64,000 nucleotides of DNA from Longimicrobiales bacterium (GTDB lineage Bacteria > Gemmatimonadota > Gemmatimonadetes > Longimicrobiales > Gaopeijiaceae). Positions 1 to 8,834 of this stretch are shown in pieces. The stretch covers positions 2,208,001 to 2,272,000 of the forward strand of contig OZ242008.1 in NCBI GenBank assembly GCA_965204735.1, given 5' to 3'. Below the pieces are notes generated by a model that worked only from the letters and a program-made list of their open reading frames with translations, was not told the origin of the DNA and did not search any database. How positions within the stretch are numbered: the stretch's first letter is position 1; each line of letters begins with the position of its first letter. Both the position numbers and the translations under genes were made by a program.

Positions 1-720
1 GTCTTCCCAGCCGTCGCCCAAGTCGGTTTCGTAGGTGTAGATCACGACGAGCCTGCCTTGGTGAAAGACGCCGAAGGCCTGCGGCGGGCCGCCGTCGTGC
101 TCGTGCACCTTCGGAAGCCCGTCGGGAAAGTCGTAGGGCGACTTGAAGACCGGATGGTCCGACGACAGCTCCACGAGCTCCTTGTCCGGGAAGATCCGGG
201 CGATCTCCAGGCGGAACGACTCGTCCATTCCGTAGTTGTCGTCGGCGTGGAGGAAGCCGCCGCCCAGCAGGTAGCGCCGCAGCGCCAGCCGCTCGTCGGG
301 CGAGAAGCGGACGTTGCCGTGACCTGTCATGTACAGGAACGGGTAGTCGCGAAGCGAAGGGTCCTGGGGGCCGACCGGCACGTCCCGCTGCGCGGTGGGA
401 ATGCCCGTCCGCTCCCGCACCGCCGCCAGCAAGTTGGGAAGCGAAGACGGGTTCGCGTACCAGTCGCCGCCCCCGTCGTACCGAAGGCGCGCGACGGTCG
501 CGGGACCCGACGCCTGGGCGGCGGCGGGCGCGTCCACGGCGAAGAGGGCAGCCGCGCCGAGGGCAGCCGCGACGGTGCGTCGGGCCACGGCGGCGGGGGC
601 GTCCCATGCGCTGCGGCTCCGCCTTAGCCTCGATGGCCAGCTTCGGCGTCGGGCCACGTCGGCGGCACGCGCCCGTTCACGTCCTGCTTCCCGATTCGTC
701 CCATGCGCGCGGCCGCTCAC
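1..720 (-). CDS. DUF4159 domain-containing exported protein (3' end runs off the left edge; start uncertain, in-frame GTG at 588, 657 or 720)
   Basis: Manual minus-strand translation (absent from the ORF track) gives VARLRYDGGGDWYANPSSLPNLL ... GRLVVIYTYETDLGDGWED, typical DUF4159 motifs, after an Ala-rich signal-like stretch. Confidence 0.8.
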   Translation of the reverse strand, partial: MSGRAHGTNREAGRERARAADVARRRSWPSRLRRSRSAWDAPAAVARRTVAAALGAAALFAVDAPAAAQASGPATVARLRYDGGGDWYANPSSLPNLLAAVRERTGIPTAQRDVPVGPQDPSLRDYPFLYMTGHGNVRFSPDERLALRRYLLGGGFLHADDNYGMDESFRLEIARIFPDKELVELSSDHPVFKSPYDFPDGLPKVHEHDGGPPQAFGVFHQGRLVVIYTYETDLGDGWED

Positions 721-777
721 GTCGTCAACGTCCTCGACTCGTGGCTGCGCGATCAGGTTCGTCCCATGCGCGCCCGC

Positions 778-1644
778 TCACGTCGCTTCCCTCGCCCGGC
801 GAACCACGTCGTAGGCGTCGCCCCGGAGGAGCCCCGTCCGCTTCGCCAGCTCCTTGGCGGCCGCCGTCGGCGACAAGCCCTCGTCCAGGAGGCCGGCCGC
901 CAGCTCGCGGGCTTCCCGGCGACCCATCTGTCGGCTCCCGGCCCGCCGCCCTTCGACCACCACGGTCGATTCGCCCTTGGGCGGCGTCTTCTTGAAGCGC
1001 AGCGCGACCTCCGCAGGGGCGCCCCGGACGACTTCCTCGTGGAGCTTGGTGAGTTCCCGGCACACTGCCACCCTTCGCCCGGCGCCCGCGCCTCCCGGCG
1101 GGGACTCCGCGAAGCGTTCCGCCAAGTCGTCCAGCAGCCCGGTCAAGCGAACCGGCGACTCGAAGAGCACGGTGGTGTCGGACGCGGCGGCGATTCGGTC
1201 CAGCATACGCTCCCGCCTCCCCGACTTGCGGGGCAGGAACCCCAGGAAAGTGAACGGGACGCAAGGTAGGCCCGAAGCGACGAGGGCCGCGAGAACCGCG
1301 GACGGCCCCGGCACCGGCACCACGTCGCCCCCTTCCGCCACCACGGCCCCCACGAGCCGCTCGCCCGGGTCCGAGAGCAGGGGCGTGCCCGCGTCGGAGA
1401 TCAGAGCGACGTCCGCGCCTCCGGCCAGCCAGCCGAGCACCGTGCCGATCCGGGACGCTTCGTTGTGGGCGTGCAGGGAGAGGGGACGGACGGACGAGCC
1501 GGCGTGGCGCAGGAGGATGCGCGCGCGCCGGGTGTCCTCCGCAAGCACGTGGGCCGCCGCCGTCAGGACTTCGGCCGCTCGGGTCGTCAGGTCGGACAGG
1601 TTCCCGATCGGCGTGGCCACGACGAAGAGCCGCCCGTCCGCCAA
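778..1644 (-). CDS. rsmI: 16S rRNA (cytidine1402-2'-O)-methyltransferase
   Basis: GRLFVVATPIGNLSDLT, AEDTR, ALISDAGTPLLSDPG, VCRELTKLHEE motifs. Confidence 0.96.
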   Translation of the reverse strand: MADGRLFVVATPIGNLSDLTTRAAEVLTAAAHVLAEDTRRARILLRHAGSSVRPLSLHAHNEASRIGTVLGWLAGGADVALISDAGTPLLSDPGERLVGAVVAEGGDVVPVPGPSAVLAALVASGLPCVPFTFLGFLPRKSGRRERMLDRIAAASDTTVLFESPVRLTGLLDDLAERFAESPPGGAGAGRRVAVCRELTKLHEEVVRGAPAEVALRFKKTPPKGESTVVVEGRRAGSRQMGRREARELAAGLLDEGLSPTAAAKELAKRTGLLRGDAYDVVRRAREAT

Positions 1645-1663
1645 CTTCAGCCGCCCCTCCGGA

Positions 1664-1996
1664 TCAGAGGTGCTCTTCGATCTTGCGCTTCAGAACGGCC
1701 TTGGGCACCGCTCCGACCACCGTGTCCACGGGCGCCCCGCCCTTGAAGAAGAGGATCGTGGGGATCGACCGGACCCCGAAGCGGATCGAGGTGGACTGGT
1801 TCGCGTCCACGTCGAGCTTGCCCACGCGAACCCGGCCCGCGTACTCGTCCGCCAAGTCGCTGACGACCGGGCCGACCATCCTGCACGGGCCGCACCACTC
1901 GGCCCAGAAGTCCACCAGCGCCAAGCCGTCGTGGCCTTCGATCTCTCCCGCGAAGTTGTCGTCCGTCACCGTCAGAACGTTCATGCCGTCCGCCAC
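1664..1996 (-). CDS. trxA: Thioredoxin
   Basis: LVDFWAEWCGPCRM active site, GVRSIPT cis-Pro motif, 110 aa. Confidence 0.97.
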   Translation of the reverse strand: MADGMNVLTVTDDNFAGEIEGHDGLALVDFWAEWCGPCRMVGPVVSDLADEYAGRVRVGKLDVDANQSTSIRFGVRSIPTILFFKGGAPVDTVVGAVPKAVLKRKIEEHL

Positions 1997-2155
1997 TTGC
2001 TTCCCTCCCTGGACCAGCTTGGTCCGGAGCCGTCGTTGTCTGGGTGCGGCGACGGCGAGCTCGGGCGCTCCGCCCGCTCCGCCGCCTCTCGTTGGATTGG
2101 GTATCGTAAGCTAACCGATTCGCCAGCCTGCTCACGCCCGAACCCGAACGAGCCC

Positions 2156-2557
2156 ATGGACGACTTGAAGTTCGACCACGTGGCCGTCGCCGCCTGTTCG
2201 TTCGGCGACGTGCTGCCTCTTCTCGAAGAGCTGGCCGGCGGGCCGGCCACGGCCGTGGAGCGGGTCGAGTCCCAGGGGGTGGACGTGCGCTTCCTCGACG
2301 CGCTGGAGGTGATCGTGCCCTTCGAGCCGGACAGCGGGGTCGCCCGGTTCCTGGAGCGCCGGGGCCCGGGACTCCATCACGTCGCCTACCGCACCGCGGA
2401 CGTGGCGGCCCTGATGAAGAGGCTGGCGGCCCGGGGCTTCGAGTTCACTTCGCCCGAGCCGATGAAGGGCCGGGGCGGGCACCGGATCGCCTTCCTTCAC
2501 CCCCGCTCGACGGGGGGAGTGCTGGTGGAGCTGGTGGAGAAGCCGCCCGTCCGGTGA
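2156..2557 (+). CDS. mce: Methylmalonyl-CoA epimerase (VOC family)
   Basis: ATG at 2156; DHVAVA, ESQGV, RFLERRGPGLHHVAY, IAFLHPRSTGGVLVELVE. It is the C-terminal part of track ORF 854..2557. Confidence 0.9.
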   Translation: MDDLKFDHVAVAACSFGDVLPLLEELAGGPATAVERVESQGVDVRFLDALEVIVPFEPDSGVARFLERRGPGLHHVAYRTADVAALMKRLAARGFEFTSPEPMKGRGGHRIAFLHPRSTGGVLVELVEKPPVR

Positions 2558-2582
2558 GCGGCGAGGGAGCGCGGGCCGCCGG

Positions 2583-3200
2583 TCACCGGGTCAGGCGCTC
2601 CACTTCGATCTCCTGAACCAGCCACGAGCCGGTTCGGGCCAGGACCACGACGAAGGGCACCCCCGGCACCTCGCGCCCGCCCGTGCTCAGGTCCACGAGC
2701 ACGCGGACGGTCGGACGCTCCCTGCCGGCGACCTGCTCCTCGCCGCGCACTCGGTAGGCCGCCGGGTCCAGCACCGCGGCCAGCAGGTCCATGCGGAGCT
2801 CCACGTCGGCCCAGCGCGGGCACGCCTCCGCGAGTCCGACCCACGAGCCCAGCCGGCGAAGCGCGCAGCCCGCCGCGCCCCCCGTCTCGGCGACGGGGCC
2901 GTCCCCCGTCCCGAACGACCGGGCCATCCGGGTCAAGTCCCGGCGGGTGGCCGCCTCGAGAAAGGACTCGACGGCCTCCGAGGGTCCGGCGGGCGCTTCC
3001 GGCGTCTGGAGGCCCGGCGCGGGAGACGGCGTCCGGGCCGGCGTCGCACCGCCGCACGCCCAAGCGACCAGGGCGACAGCAAGCCGGACTCCGACGGCGA
3101 CCTGCGCCGCCGCCCTTCCCAGAGCCCGCGCTCCCCTGCTCTTCGCCGCACGCACGCTGTCGCGCTGGTCCTGCCGCCCGCTCGCCCCGATTCGCGTCAT
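2583..3200 (-). CDS. Hypothetical lipoprotein
   Basis: Hydrophobic stretch with lipobox-like VALVAWAC, then an ordered domain (AVESFLEAATRRDLTRMARSFGT...WLVQEIEV). Start may be downstream of 3200. Confidence 0.6.
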   Translation of the reverse strand: MTRIGASGRQDQRDSVRAAKSRGARALGRAAAQVAVGVRLAVALVAWACGGATPARTPSPAPGLQTPEAPAGPSEAVESFLEAATRRDLTRMARSFGTGDGPVAETGGAAGCALRRLGSWVGLAEACPRWADVELRMDLLAAVLDPAAYRVRGEEQVAGRERPTVRVLVDLSTGGREVPGVPFVVVLARTGSWLVQEIEVERLTR

Positions 3201-3465
3201 GACGCACTCCTTTGGAACCCAGTGCCGAGAGTCGCTCCGTTCGTCCTCGAAACGGATGCAACCTGCACGTCGGCGTCATCGCCGAGTCATGACGATGGGC
3301 GGCCGGGGGGCGGGCCTCTTGCAACCTACGACAAGCTGGACAAGGTTCTCCGGACGCACTCGGGCGTGGAAAGCGGCGCTCCTCTTCCGGGCTGCCGCAG
3401 CTTCCAGCCCACTTCCAGCCGGCAGGTCCCGGCCCACTTCCAGTTGACCGGCGAGCAAGCATCGG

Positions 3466-5052
3466 ATGCGAGAGTTCAACACGGAGGGTCCGGTCGTGGC
3501 CCAGGACCACTACCACATCCCGCCTCTCGACCGGGTGAACCTTGCCGAACTCCGGCAGCTGGTGGACCGAAAGCGCTACTTCGTCCTCCACGCGCCCCGG
3601 CAAACCGGCAAGACTTCTGCTCTTCTGGCGCTCCAGGCCCGGCTGAACGCCGACGGCGACTACCGTTGCGTCTACGTCAACGTCGAGGGCGCGACGACGG
3701 CCCGCGAAGACGTGGACGCGGCGATTCGCACCGTCCTGAACGAGCTGGCCGAAGCGGCCCACGACACGCTGGGAGACGGGTTCCTCGCGGACACGTGGCC
3801 GGGCGTGCTCGCCAAGGGCGGCGGACACAGCGCTCTGCGGGTGGCGCTGACTCGTTGGGCGCGGCACAGCGACAAGCCGCTCGTCCTGCTCGTCGACGAG
3901 ATCGACACGCTGATGGGCGACTCGCTCTTGGCGGTGTTGCGGCAGCTCCGGGCAGGCTACCACCTGCGGCCCGAGGGCGGCTTTCCGCAAAGCGTGATCC
4001 TCTGCGGCGTGCGGGACGTCCGCGACTACCGCATCTGGTCCGGCTCGACCAAGACGATGGTCGCGGGCGGCAGCGCCTTCAACATCAAGGCCGAGTCCCT
4101 GCGCCTGGGCGACTTCTCGCGGGACGAAGTGCGCGACCTGCTCGGACAGCACACCCGGGAAACCGGCCAAGCGTTCGCCGACGCCGCGCTCGAAGCGGTC
4201 TGGAGTCAGACCCGGGGCCAGCCGTGGCTCGTCAACGCGCTGGCCTATCAGGCGTGCTTCCGCGGCGCCCTGGCCCGGGACCGTTCGCGCACCGTGACCC
4301 AGGCCGACGTGCTGGAGGCCCGGGAGACGCTGATCCTGCGCCGCGACACGCACCTGGACCAGCTGACCGACAAGCTCAGGGAGGACCGGGTATGGCGCGT
4401 GATCGAGCCGCTCCTCGCCGGCAGTCGCGAGTCCCGCTACACGGAGCGGGACGTGGAGTACGTCCGGGACTTGGGGTTGATCGCCCGAGACCCGCCGATT
4501 CGCATGGCCAACCCCGTCTACGCAGAGGTCGTGCCCAGGGAGCTGACGTGGCTCGCCCAGGACGACCTTCCCTACGATCCCGCTTGGTACGTGGACGCCT
4601 CGGGCGCCCTGCTCCTGGGCAAGCTCCTCGAAGCGTTCCAGGAGTTCTACCGCGAGAACTCGGAGCACTGGGTCGACCGTTACGGCCTAAAGGAGGCGGG
4701 ACCGCAACTTCTCCTGCAGGCGTTCCTGCAGCGGGTCGTCAACAGCGGCGGGCGGATCGAGCGGGAGTACGCGCTGGGCAGCGGGCGCACGGACTTGCTC
4801 GTGGTGTGGCCTCGGGGGAGGCAAGTGGGCAAGTACGTGGTCGAGTGCAAGGTTCGCCACGACCGCCGGAGCTTGGAGCGCACCGTGGCCGAGGGCGTGG
4901 AGCAGACGGCGGCGTACATGGACCGTTGCAAGGCCGAAGCCGGCCACTTGGTGATCTTCGACCGGAGCGGAGAGCGCAGTTGGGACGAGAAGGTCTTCCG
5001 CGACGAACAAGCCGCCGAGAGCGGCGCCAAGATCGCGGTGTGGGGCATGTGA
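3466..5052 (+). CDS. AAA/P-loop ATPase with C-terminal PD-(D/E)XK-type nuclease-like domain
   Basis: Walker A HAPRQTGKTS, Walker B VLLVDEID, C-terminal REYALGSGRTDLLV...VVECK. Confidence 0.85.
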   Translation: MREFNTEGPVVAQDHYHIPPLDRVNLAELRQLVDRKRYFVLHAPRQTGKTSALLALQARLNADGDYRCVYVNVEGATTAREDVDAAIRTVLNELAEAAHDTLGDGFLADTWPGVLAKGGGHSALRVALTRWARHSDKPLVLLVDEIDTLMGDSLLAVLRQLRAGYHLRPEGGFPQSVILCGVRDVRDYRIWSGSTKTMVAGGSAFNIKAESLRLGDFSRDEVRDLLGQHTRETGQAFADAALEAVWSQTRGQPWLVNALAYQACFRGALARDRSRTVTQADVLEARETLILRRDTHLDQLTDKLREDRVWRVIEPLLAGSRESRYTERDVEYVRDLGLIARDPPIRMANPVYAEVVPRELTWLAQDDLPYDPAWYVDASGALLLGKLLEAFQEFYRENSEHWVDRYGLKEAGPQLLLQAFLQRVVNSGGRIEREYALGSGRTDLLVVWPRGRQVGKYVVECKVRHDRRSLERTVAEGVEQTAAYMDRCKAEAGHLVIFDRSGERSWDEKVFRDEQAAESGAKIAVWGM

Positions 5053-5120
5053 TCGGCGACAACCCCGCCCGGCGAAACGCACGGCCTCTCGGTCGGGGGC
5101 GACAAGGGGACCACGACCAT

Positions 5121-5615
5121 TCATCGGACTTGGCCCACGTATATCTCCGCTGGCACAAACCGCTTGTCCGGGTCGCACGGAATCTCGGGGGGAAGATCGA
5201 TGACGAGAGCCCCGTCCTGCGTTCTCGCCTCGACCCCGTCGGGAAGCACGAAGCCCTCCGGCGGACAGGCGAAGACCCATCCACGGTCGTAGCCCTGCGG
5301 AACTTCCATTAGAACGGGCTCAAAGGTCGCGATGCCATACGTGCTCGCCCGAATCCTGGGCTCGTACCAGTCCGGGTTGAGCATGAGGTCGGTCGCGGGA
5401 GCCCAGGTCATCGGCCGGAAGCGAGGCATCAAGTCGCGCAAGGCGGTTGTCGCGATCGTGTCGCCGACCTCCAGGGGCCAGCCTGGCGGGGCAGCAGGCG
5501 CGGTCTCGGCGGTCCCGTGGGCTGCTTCGTCTGTGTCGATCGAGGCGGGACCGCACGCAAGGACTGTCCCGGCGCAGGCCAAGACGGCGACGCGGACTCG
5601 GAGCCCAAGCATCAC
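5121..5615 (-). CDS. Hypothetical lipoprotein
   Basis: Signal/lipobox RVAVLACAGTVLAC; starts 4 bp after the PNP stop on the same strand; protein-like composition. Confidence 0.6.
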   Translation of the reverse strand: MMLGLRVRVAVLACAGTVLACGPASIDTDEAAHGTAETAPAAPPGWPLEVGDTIATTALRDLMPRFRPMTWAPATDLMLNPDWYEPRIRASTYGIATFEPVLMEVPQGYDRGWVFACPPEGFVLPDGVEARTQDGALVIDLPPEIPCDPDKRFVPAEIYVGQVR

Positions 5616-5619
5616 GAGA

Positions 5620-6576
5620 TCAGGTCGCGAGCGCTTGCCTCGCGGCGGCTCCCGGGCGTGGGTCGGCAGGCGTGGTGGCCGGCTCGTCGTCCGCGGCCTC
5701 CAGGTCCGCCATCTTCGGCAACGTCGCCTCCAGCAGCGGCGCCAACGCCCGGCCTGCGCTGTCGGCCCATGCCATCACGTCCTCGTGGTCCAGGGTCCCC
5801 TCGGCCAGCCCGGCCGCCCAGTTGGAGATCATCGAGATCCCCAGGACGCGCTGCCCCAGGGCGCGAGCGACCACCGCCTCGGGCGCCGTGGACATGCCGA
5901 CCGCGTCGGCGCCGGCGGCCCGCAGGGCGCGAACCTCGGCCGGCGTCTCGAACGACGGTCCCAGGACCATGGCGTACACGCCCCGGACGAGCCGCGTTCC
6001 CGTCTCGGTCGCCGCCGACTCGGCCAAGGCCATGAACTCCGGGTCGTAAGGCCGGCTCATGTCGGGAAAGCGGGCCTCGCCCCGCCGAACGGGGCCAGCC
6101 AGGGGGGAGCGGAAGCCCAGGTGCAGGTGGTCGTCGATCAGCATCAGGCTGCCCGGCTCCAGGTCCCGTCGAATCCCGCCGGCGGCGTTGGTGAGGACGA
6201 GGGCGCGCGCGCCCAGAGCGTGGCCGGTGCGCACGGGGAGCCCGACCACCTCCGAGTCCCATCCCTCGTAGTAGTGGAACCTCCCCTGCTGAACCAGCGT
6301 CGGAACGCCGGCGACGCGCCCGGCCACGAAGCGGCCGGCGTGGCCCTCCACCGTCGGCTGGGGGAACCCCGGCAGCTCGGCGAAGGGAACCGCGACCGGA
6401 TCCTCCACGCCGTCGGCGACGCTCCCCAGGCCGGAGCCGAGGACGACGTGCAGCCGGGGCCGGCAGCCGATGCGCTCCCGCAAGGAGTCGGCGGCCGCCC
6501 GGGCCGTTCCCTCGCCCGCCGTCGCCGAACCGCCGCCGGACCCGGGGGTCGCCGGCAAGTCGGAACCCGCCGTCAA
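5620..6576 (-). CDS. punA: Purine-nucleoside phosphorylase (trimeric PNP/XapA family)
   Basis: VVLGSGLG, TVEGHAG, QGRFHYYEG, LTNAAGG, GPSFETPAE, AVGMSTAPE. A TTG at 6576 overlaps the nupC stop (TTGA). Confidence 0.92.
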   Translation of the reverse strand: MTAGSDLPATPGSGGGSATAGEGTARAAADSLRERIGCRPRLHVVLGSGLGSVADGVEDPVAVPFAELPGFPQPTVEGHAGRFVAGRVAGVPTLVQQGRFHYYEGWDSEVVGLPVRTGHALGARALVLTNAAGGIRRDLEPGSLMLIDDHLHLGFRSPLAGPVRRGEARFPDMSRPYDPEFMALAESAATETGTRLVRGVYAMVLGPSFETPAEVRALRAAGADAVGMSTAPEAVVARALGQRVLGISMISNWAAGLAEGTLDHEDVMAWADSAGRALAPLLEATLPKMADLEAADDEPATTPADPRPGAAARQALAT

Positions 6577-7988
6577 ATCAGCACGCCGGCGATCGCAGCC
6601 GTCATGAACGCCGCGACGGAGCCCCCGATCATCGCCCGCAGCCCCAGGCGCGAGAGGTCCTTCCGGCGCCGGGGCGCGATCCCGCCGATCCCGCCGATCT
6701 GGATCGCGATCGACGAGAAGTTGGCGAACCCCGAGAGCGCGTAGGCGGCGATCGTGGCGGAGCGTGGCGAGAGGCCGCCCTCGGAGATCTCCCCGGCCAG
6801 CCCCAGGTACGCCACGAACTCGGTGGCCACCGTCTTGAGGCCCATCAGCGAGCCCACGGCCGCCGCGTCCTCCCACGGCACGCCCATCACCCACGCCACC
6901 GGCGCGAGCAGCGCGCCCAGCACGCCCTCGAGCGAGAGGTCGTCGAAGCCGGCCAGCCCCCCGGCCCAGCCCAGCACCCCATTGACCAGCGCGATCAGGG
7001 CCAGGAACGCCAGCAGCATGCCACCCACGTTGAGCGCCAGCTGCAGGCCCTCCCCCGCCCCTCTCGCCGCCGCCTCGATCACGTTCACGTCGGGACGCTC
7101 GACCTTGGACGCGAGCCCGCCCGCCGTCTCCGCCGTCTCCTCCTCCGGCACCATCAACTTGGCCACCACGAGCGCCGCCGGCGCCGACATGACCGACGCC
7201 GCCATCAGGTGTCCGGCGATGTCGGGGAAGAACGCCACCAGCATCCCCGCGTAGGCCGCCATCACGCCCCCCGCCACCGTGGCGAAGCCCCCGGTCATGA
7301 CCGCCATGAGCTCGGAGCGCGTCATCCGGTCCACGAAGGGCTTGACCAGCAGCGGCGCTTCCGTCTGGCCCACGAAGATGTTGCCGGCCGCCGACAGCGT
7401 CTCGGCGCCGCTGGTCCCCATCGTGCGCCTCATGACCCAGGCGATCCCGCCCACCAGGCGCTGCATGACGCCCAGGTGGTAGAGGATCGTCATCAGCGAC
7501 GCCAGGAAGATGATCGTCGGCAGGACGTTGAAGGCGACGAAGGCGCCCGTGCGCGCCACCATCCGTCCCTCGGCGGCGAACTCCCCGCTTCCCGGCTCGC
7601 CCGTCCCCACCGGAACCGTGTTCCACACCAGGTCGCCGAAGAGGAAGCGCGCGCCTTCCAGCGTGTACCCGACCACTGCCAGCACGGCCTGGTTCGCGGC
7701 ATCGAAGACGCCGGCGCCGATCGGCGTCCGCAGGATCACCACGGCGAAGAGGAACTGCAGCGCGAGGCCCCACAGGACGACCCGCCACGGGACCTGCTTG
7801 CGGTTCGTGCTCATCGCCCACGCGGCGACGGTCAGCAGGACGAGCCCCAGCAGGCCACGGAGGCGCGACAGGAGTCCTGCCCCCGCTTCGACGCCGCCGG
7901 CCTCCTGAAGGGCGGCGACTGAAGTCGGAAGGGCAACGGCCGTCCCCACGGCCGCGAGGACCGCGACGGCGCAGCGGAGTCTGGACAT
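6573..7988 (-). CDS. nupC: NupC/CNT-family nucleoside:cation symporter
   Basis: AFNVLPTIIF, SGAETLSAAGNIFVGQTEAPL, GGFATVAGGV, ASVMSAPA, GFANFSSIAIQIGGIG. ATG 7988 (AAGGGG upstream) is preferred over 8063. Confidence 0.95.
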   Translation of the reverse strand: MSRLRCAVAVLAAVGTAVALPTSVAALQEAGGVEAGAGLLSRLRGLLGLVLLTVAAWAMSTNRKQVPWRVVLWGLALQFLFAVVILRTPIGAGVFDAANQAVLAVVGYTLEGARFLFGDLVWNTVPVGTGEPGSGEFAAEGRMVARTGAFVAFNVLPTIIFLASLMTILYHLGVMQRLVGGIAWVMRRTMGTSGAETLSAAGNIFVGQTEAPLLVKPFVDRMTRSELMAVMTGGFATVAGGVMAAYAGMLVAFFPDIAGHLMAASVMSAPAALVVAKLMVPEEETAETAGGLASKVERPDVNVIEAAARGAGEGLQLALNVGGMLLAFLALIALVNGVLGWAGGLAGFDDLSLEGVLGALLAPVAWVMGVPWEDAAAVGSLMGLKTVATEFVAYLGLAGEISEGGLSPRSATIAAYALSGFANFSSIAIQIGGIGGIAPRRRKDLSRLGLRAMIGGSVAAFMTAAIAGVLI

Positions 7989-8124
7989 GGAGCCCCTTGG
8001 GAAGACGCGCGGACGGGCCCGCCTCGGCATGGAAGCCAGGACCAGCCACGCGAGACACACCATGGGAAGCTAGCGGATCGCTCCGGCCGGCACCTTGGCC
8101 GGCGCGCCGAGCCGGTCCGGCTCG

Positions 8125-8784
8125 CTAGTACACTGCCCCGTCCGGCACCTTCGCCGGGTACTCCACAAGCACCAGCCACAGGTACTCGCCCGGATAGTTC
8201 GCAAGGTCCTCGGGAATCGGCAGGCGCTTGTACTGACACGGAGCAATGTTCACAAGGCAGCGGTCCTGGTAGTCGTAGAACTCGTCCACCAACAGGGGCC
8301 GGCTGGCACGCTCGATCAGCAGCACCCACTTGGTGTTGTCCTTGAGCGTCCACGACATCGTGCCCGAGGCTGCCTCGCCGCTCCCCTGCGCAAGACGAAC
8401 CCAGAGCGACGCCGATCCGGATTCCGTAACCGCAAGCCGTGGCCGCGCGGTCGCCGCTCCGATCGTCGAAGGCTCGAAGTCTTCGGCCACGAACGTCTTG
8501 CCGAGAACTCCGACTTCGATGCCTGCCAAGCCCGCCGAATCGAGCAGCGAGCTGTTGTACGCGCTCCCGGTCGGATGGCCGAGATACGGATACACCTCAA
8601 GCCAGCAGCACACGTCGTTCTCCAGCAGAGAGCACGAGCCGACGGCCAAGACTCCGGCGCTTGCGAACACCGGAGCCCAGGCCGACAGCCCCCGCCTGAT
8701 GCGCCTCGACAAGCGCATTCCGACGAGCTGGGCGGCAGCGAGCAGCGGCACAGCCGGGTTCTTCGAGAAGAAGTCGGTCTTCAT
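8125..8784 (-). CDS. Hypothetical Cys-containing probable lipoprotein downstream of the TonB receptor
   Basis: AAGGAG RBS and ATG at 8784 (MKTDFFSK...), lipobox-like VLAVGSC. It is the C-terminal part of track ORF 8125..10617. Confidence 0.6.
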   Translation of the reverse strand: MKTDFFSKNPAVPLLAAAQLVGMRLSRRIRRGLSAWAPVFASAGVLAVGSCSLLENDVCCWLEVYPYLGHPTGSAYNSSLLDSAGLAGIEVGVLGKTFVAEDFEPSTIGAATARPRLAVTESGSASLWVRLAQGSGEAASGTMSWTLKDNTKWVLLIERASRPLLVDEFYDYQDRCLVNIAPCQYKRLPIPEDLANYPGEYLWLVLVEYPAKVPDGAVY

Positions 8785-8834
8785 GGGTAGCTCCTTGCGT
8801 GGAGGTGACCGACACTTATCCAACCCCGAACCGG

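Noticed and set aside
3200..3465. Possible gene remnant upstream of the AAA ATPase (LATYDKLDKVLRTHSG)
   Set aside because: Short protein-like stretch that I cannot assign to any family without a search.
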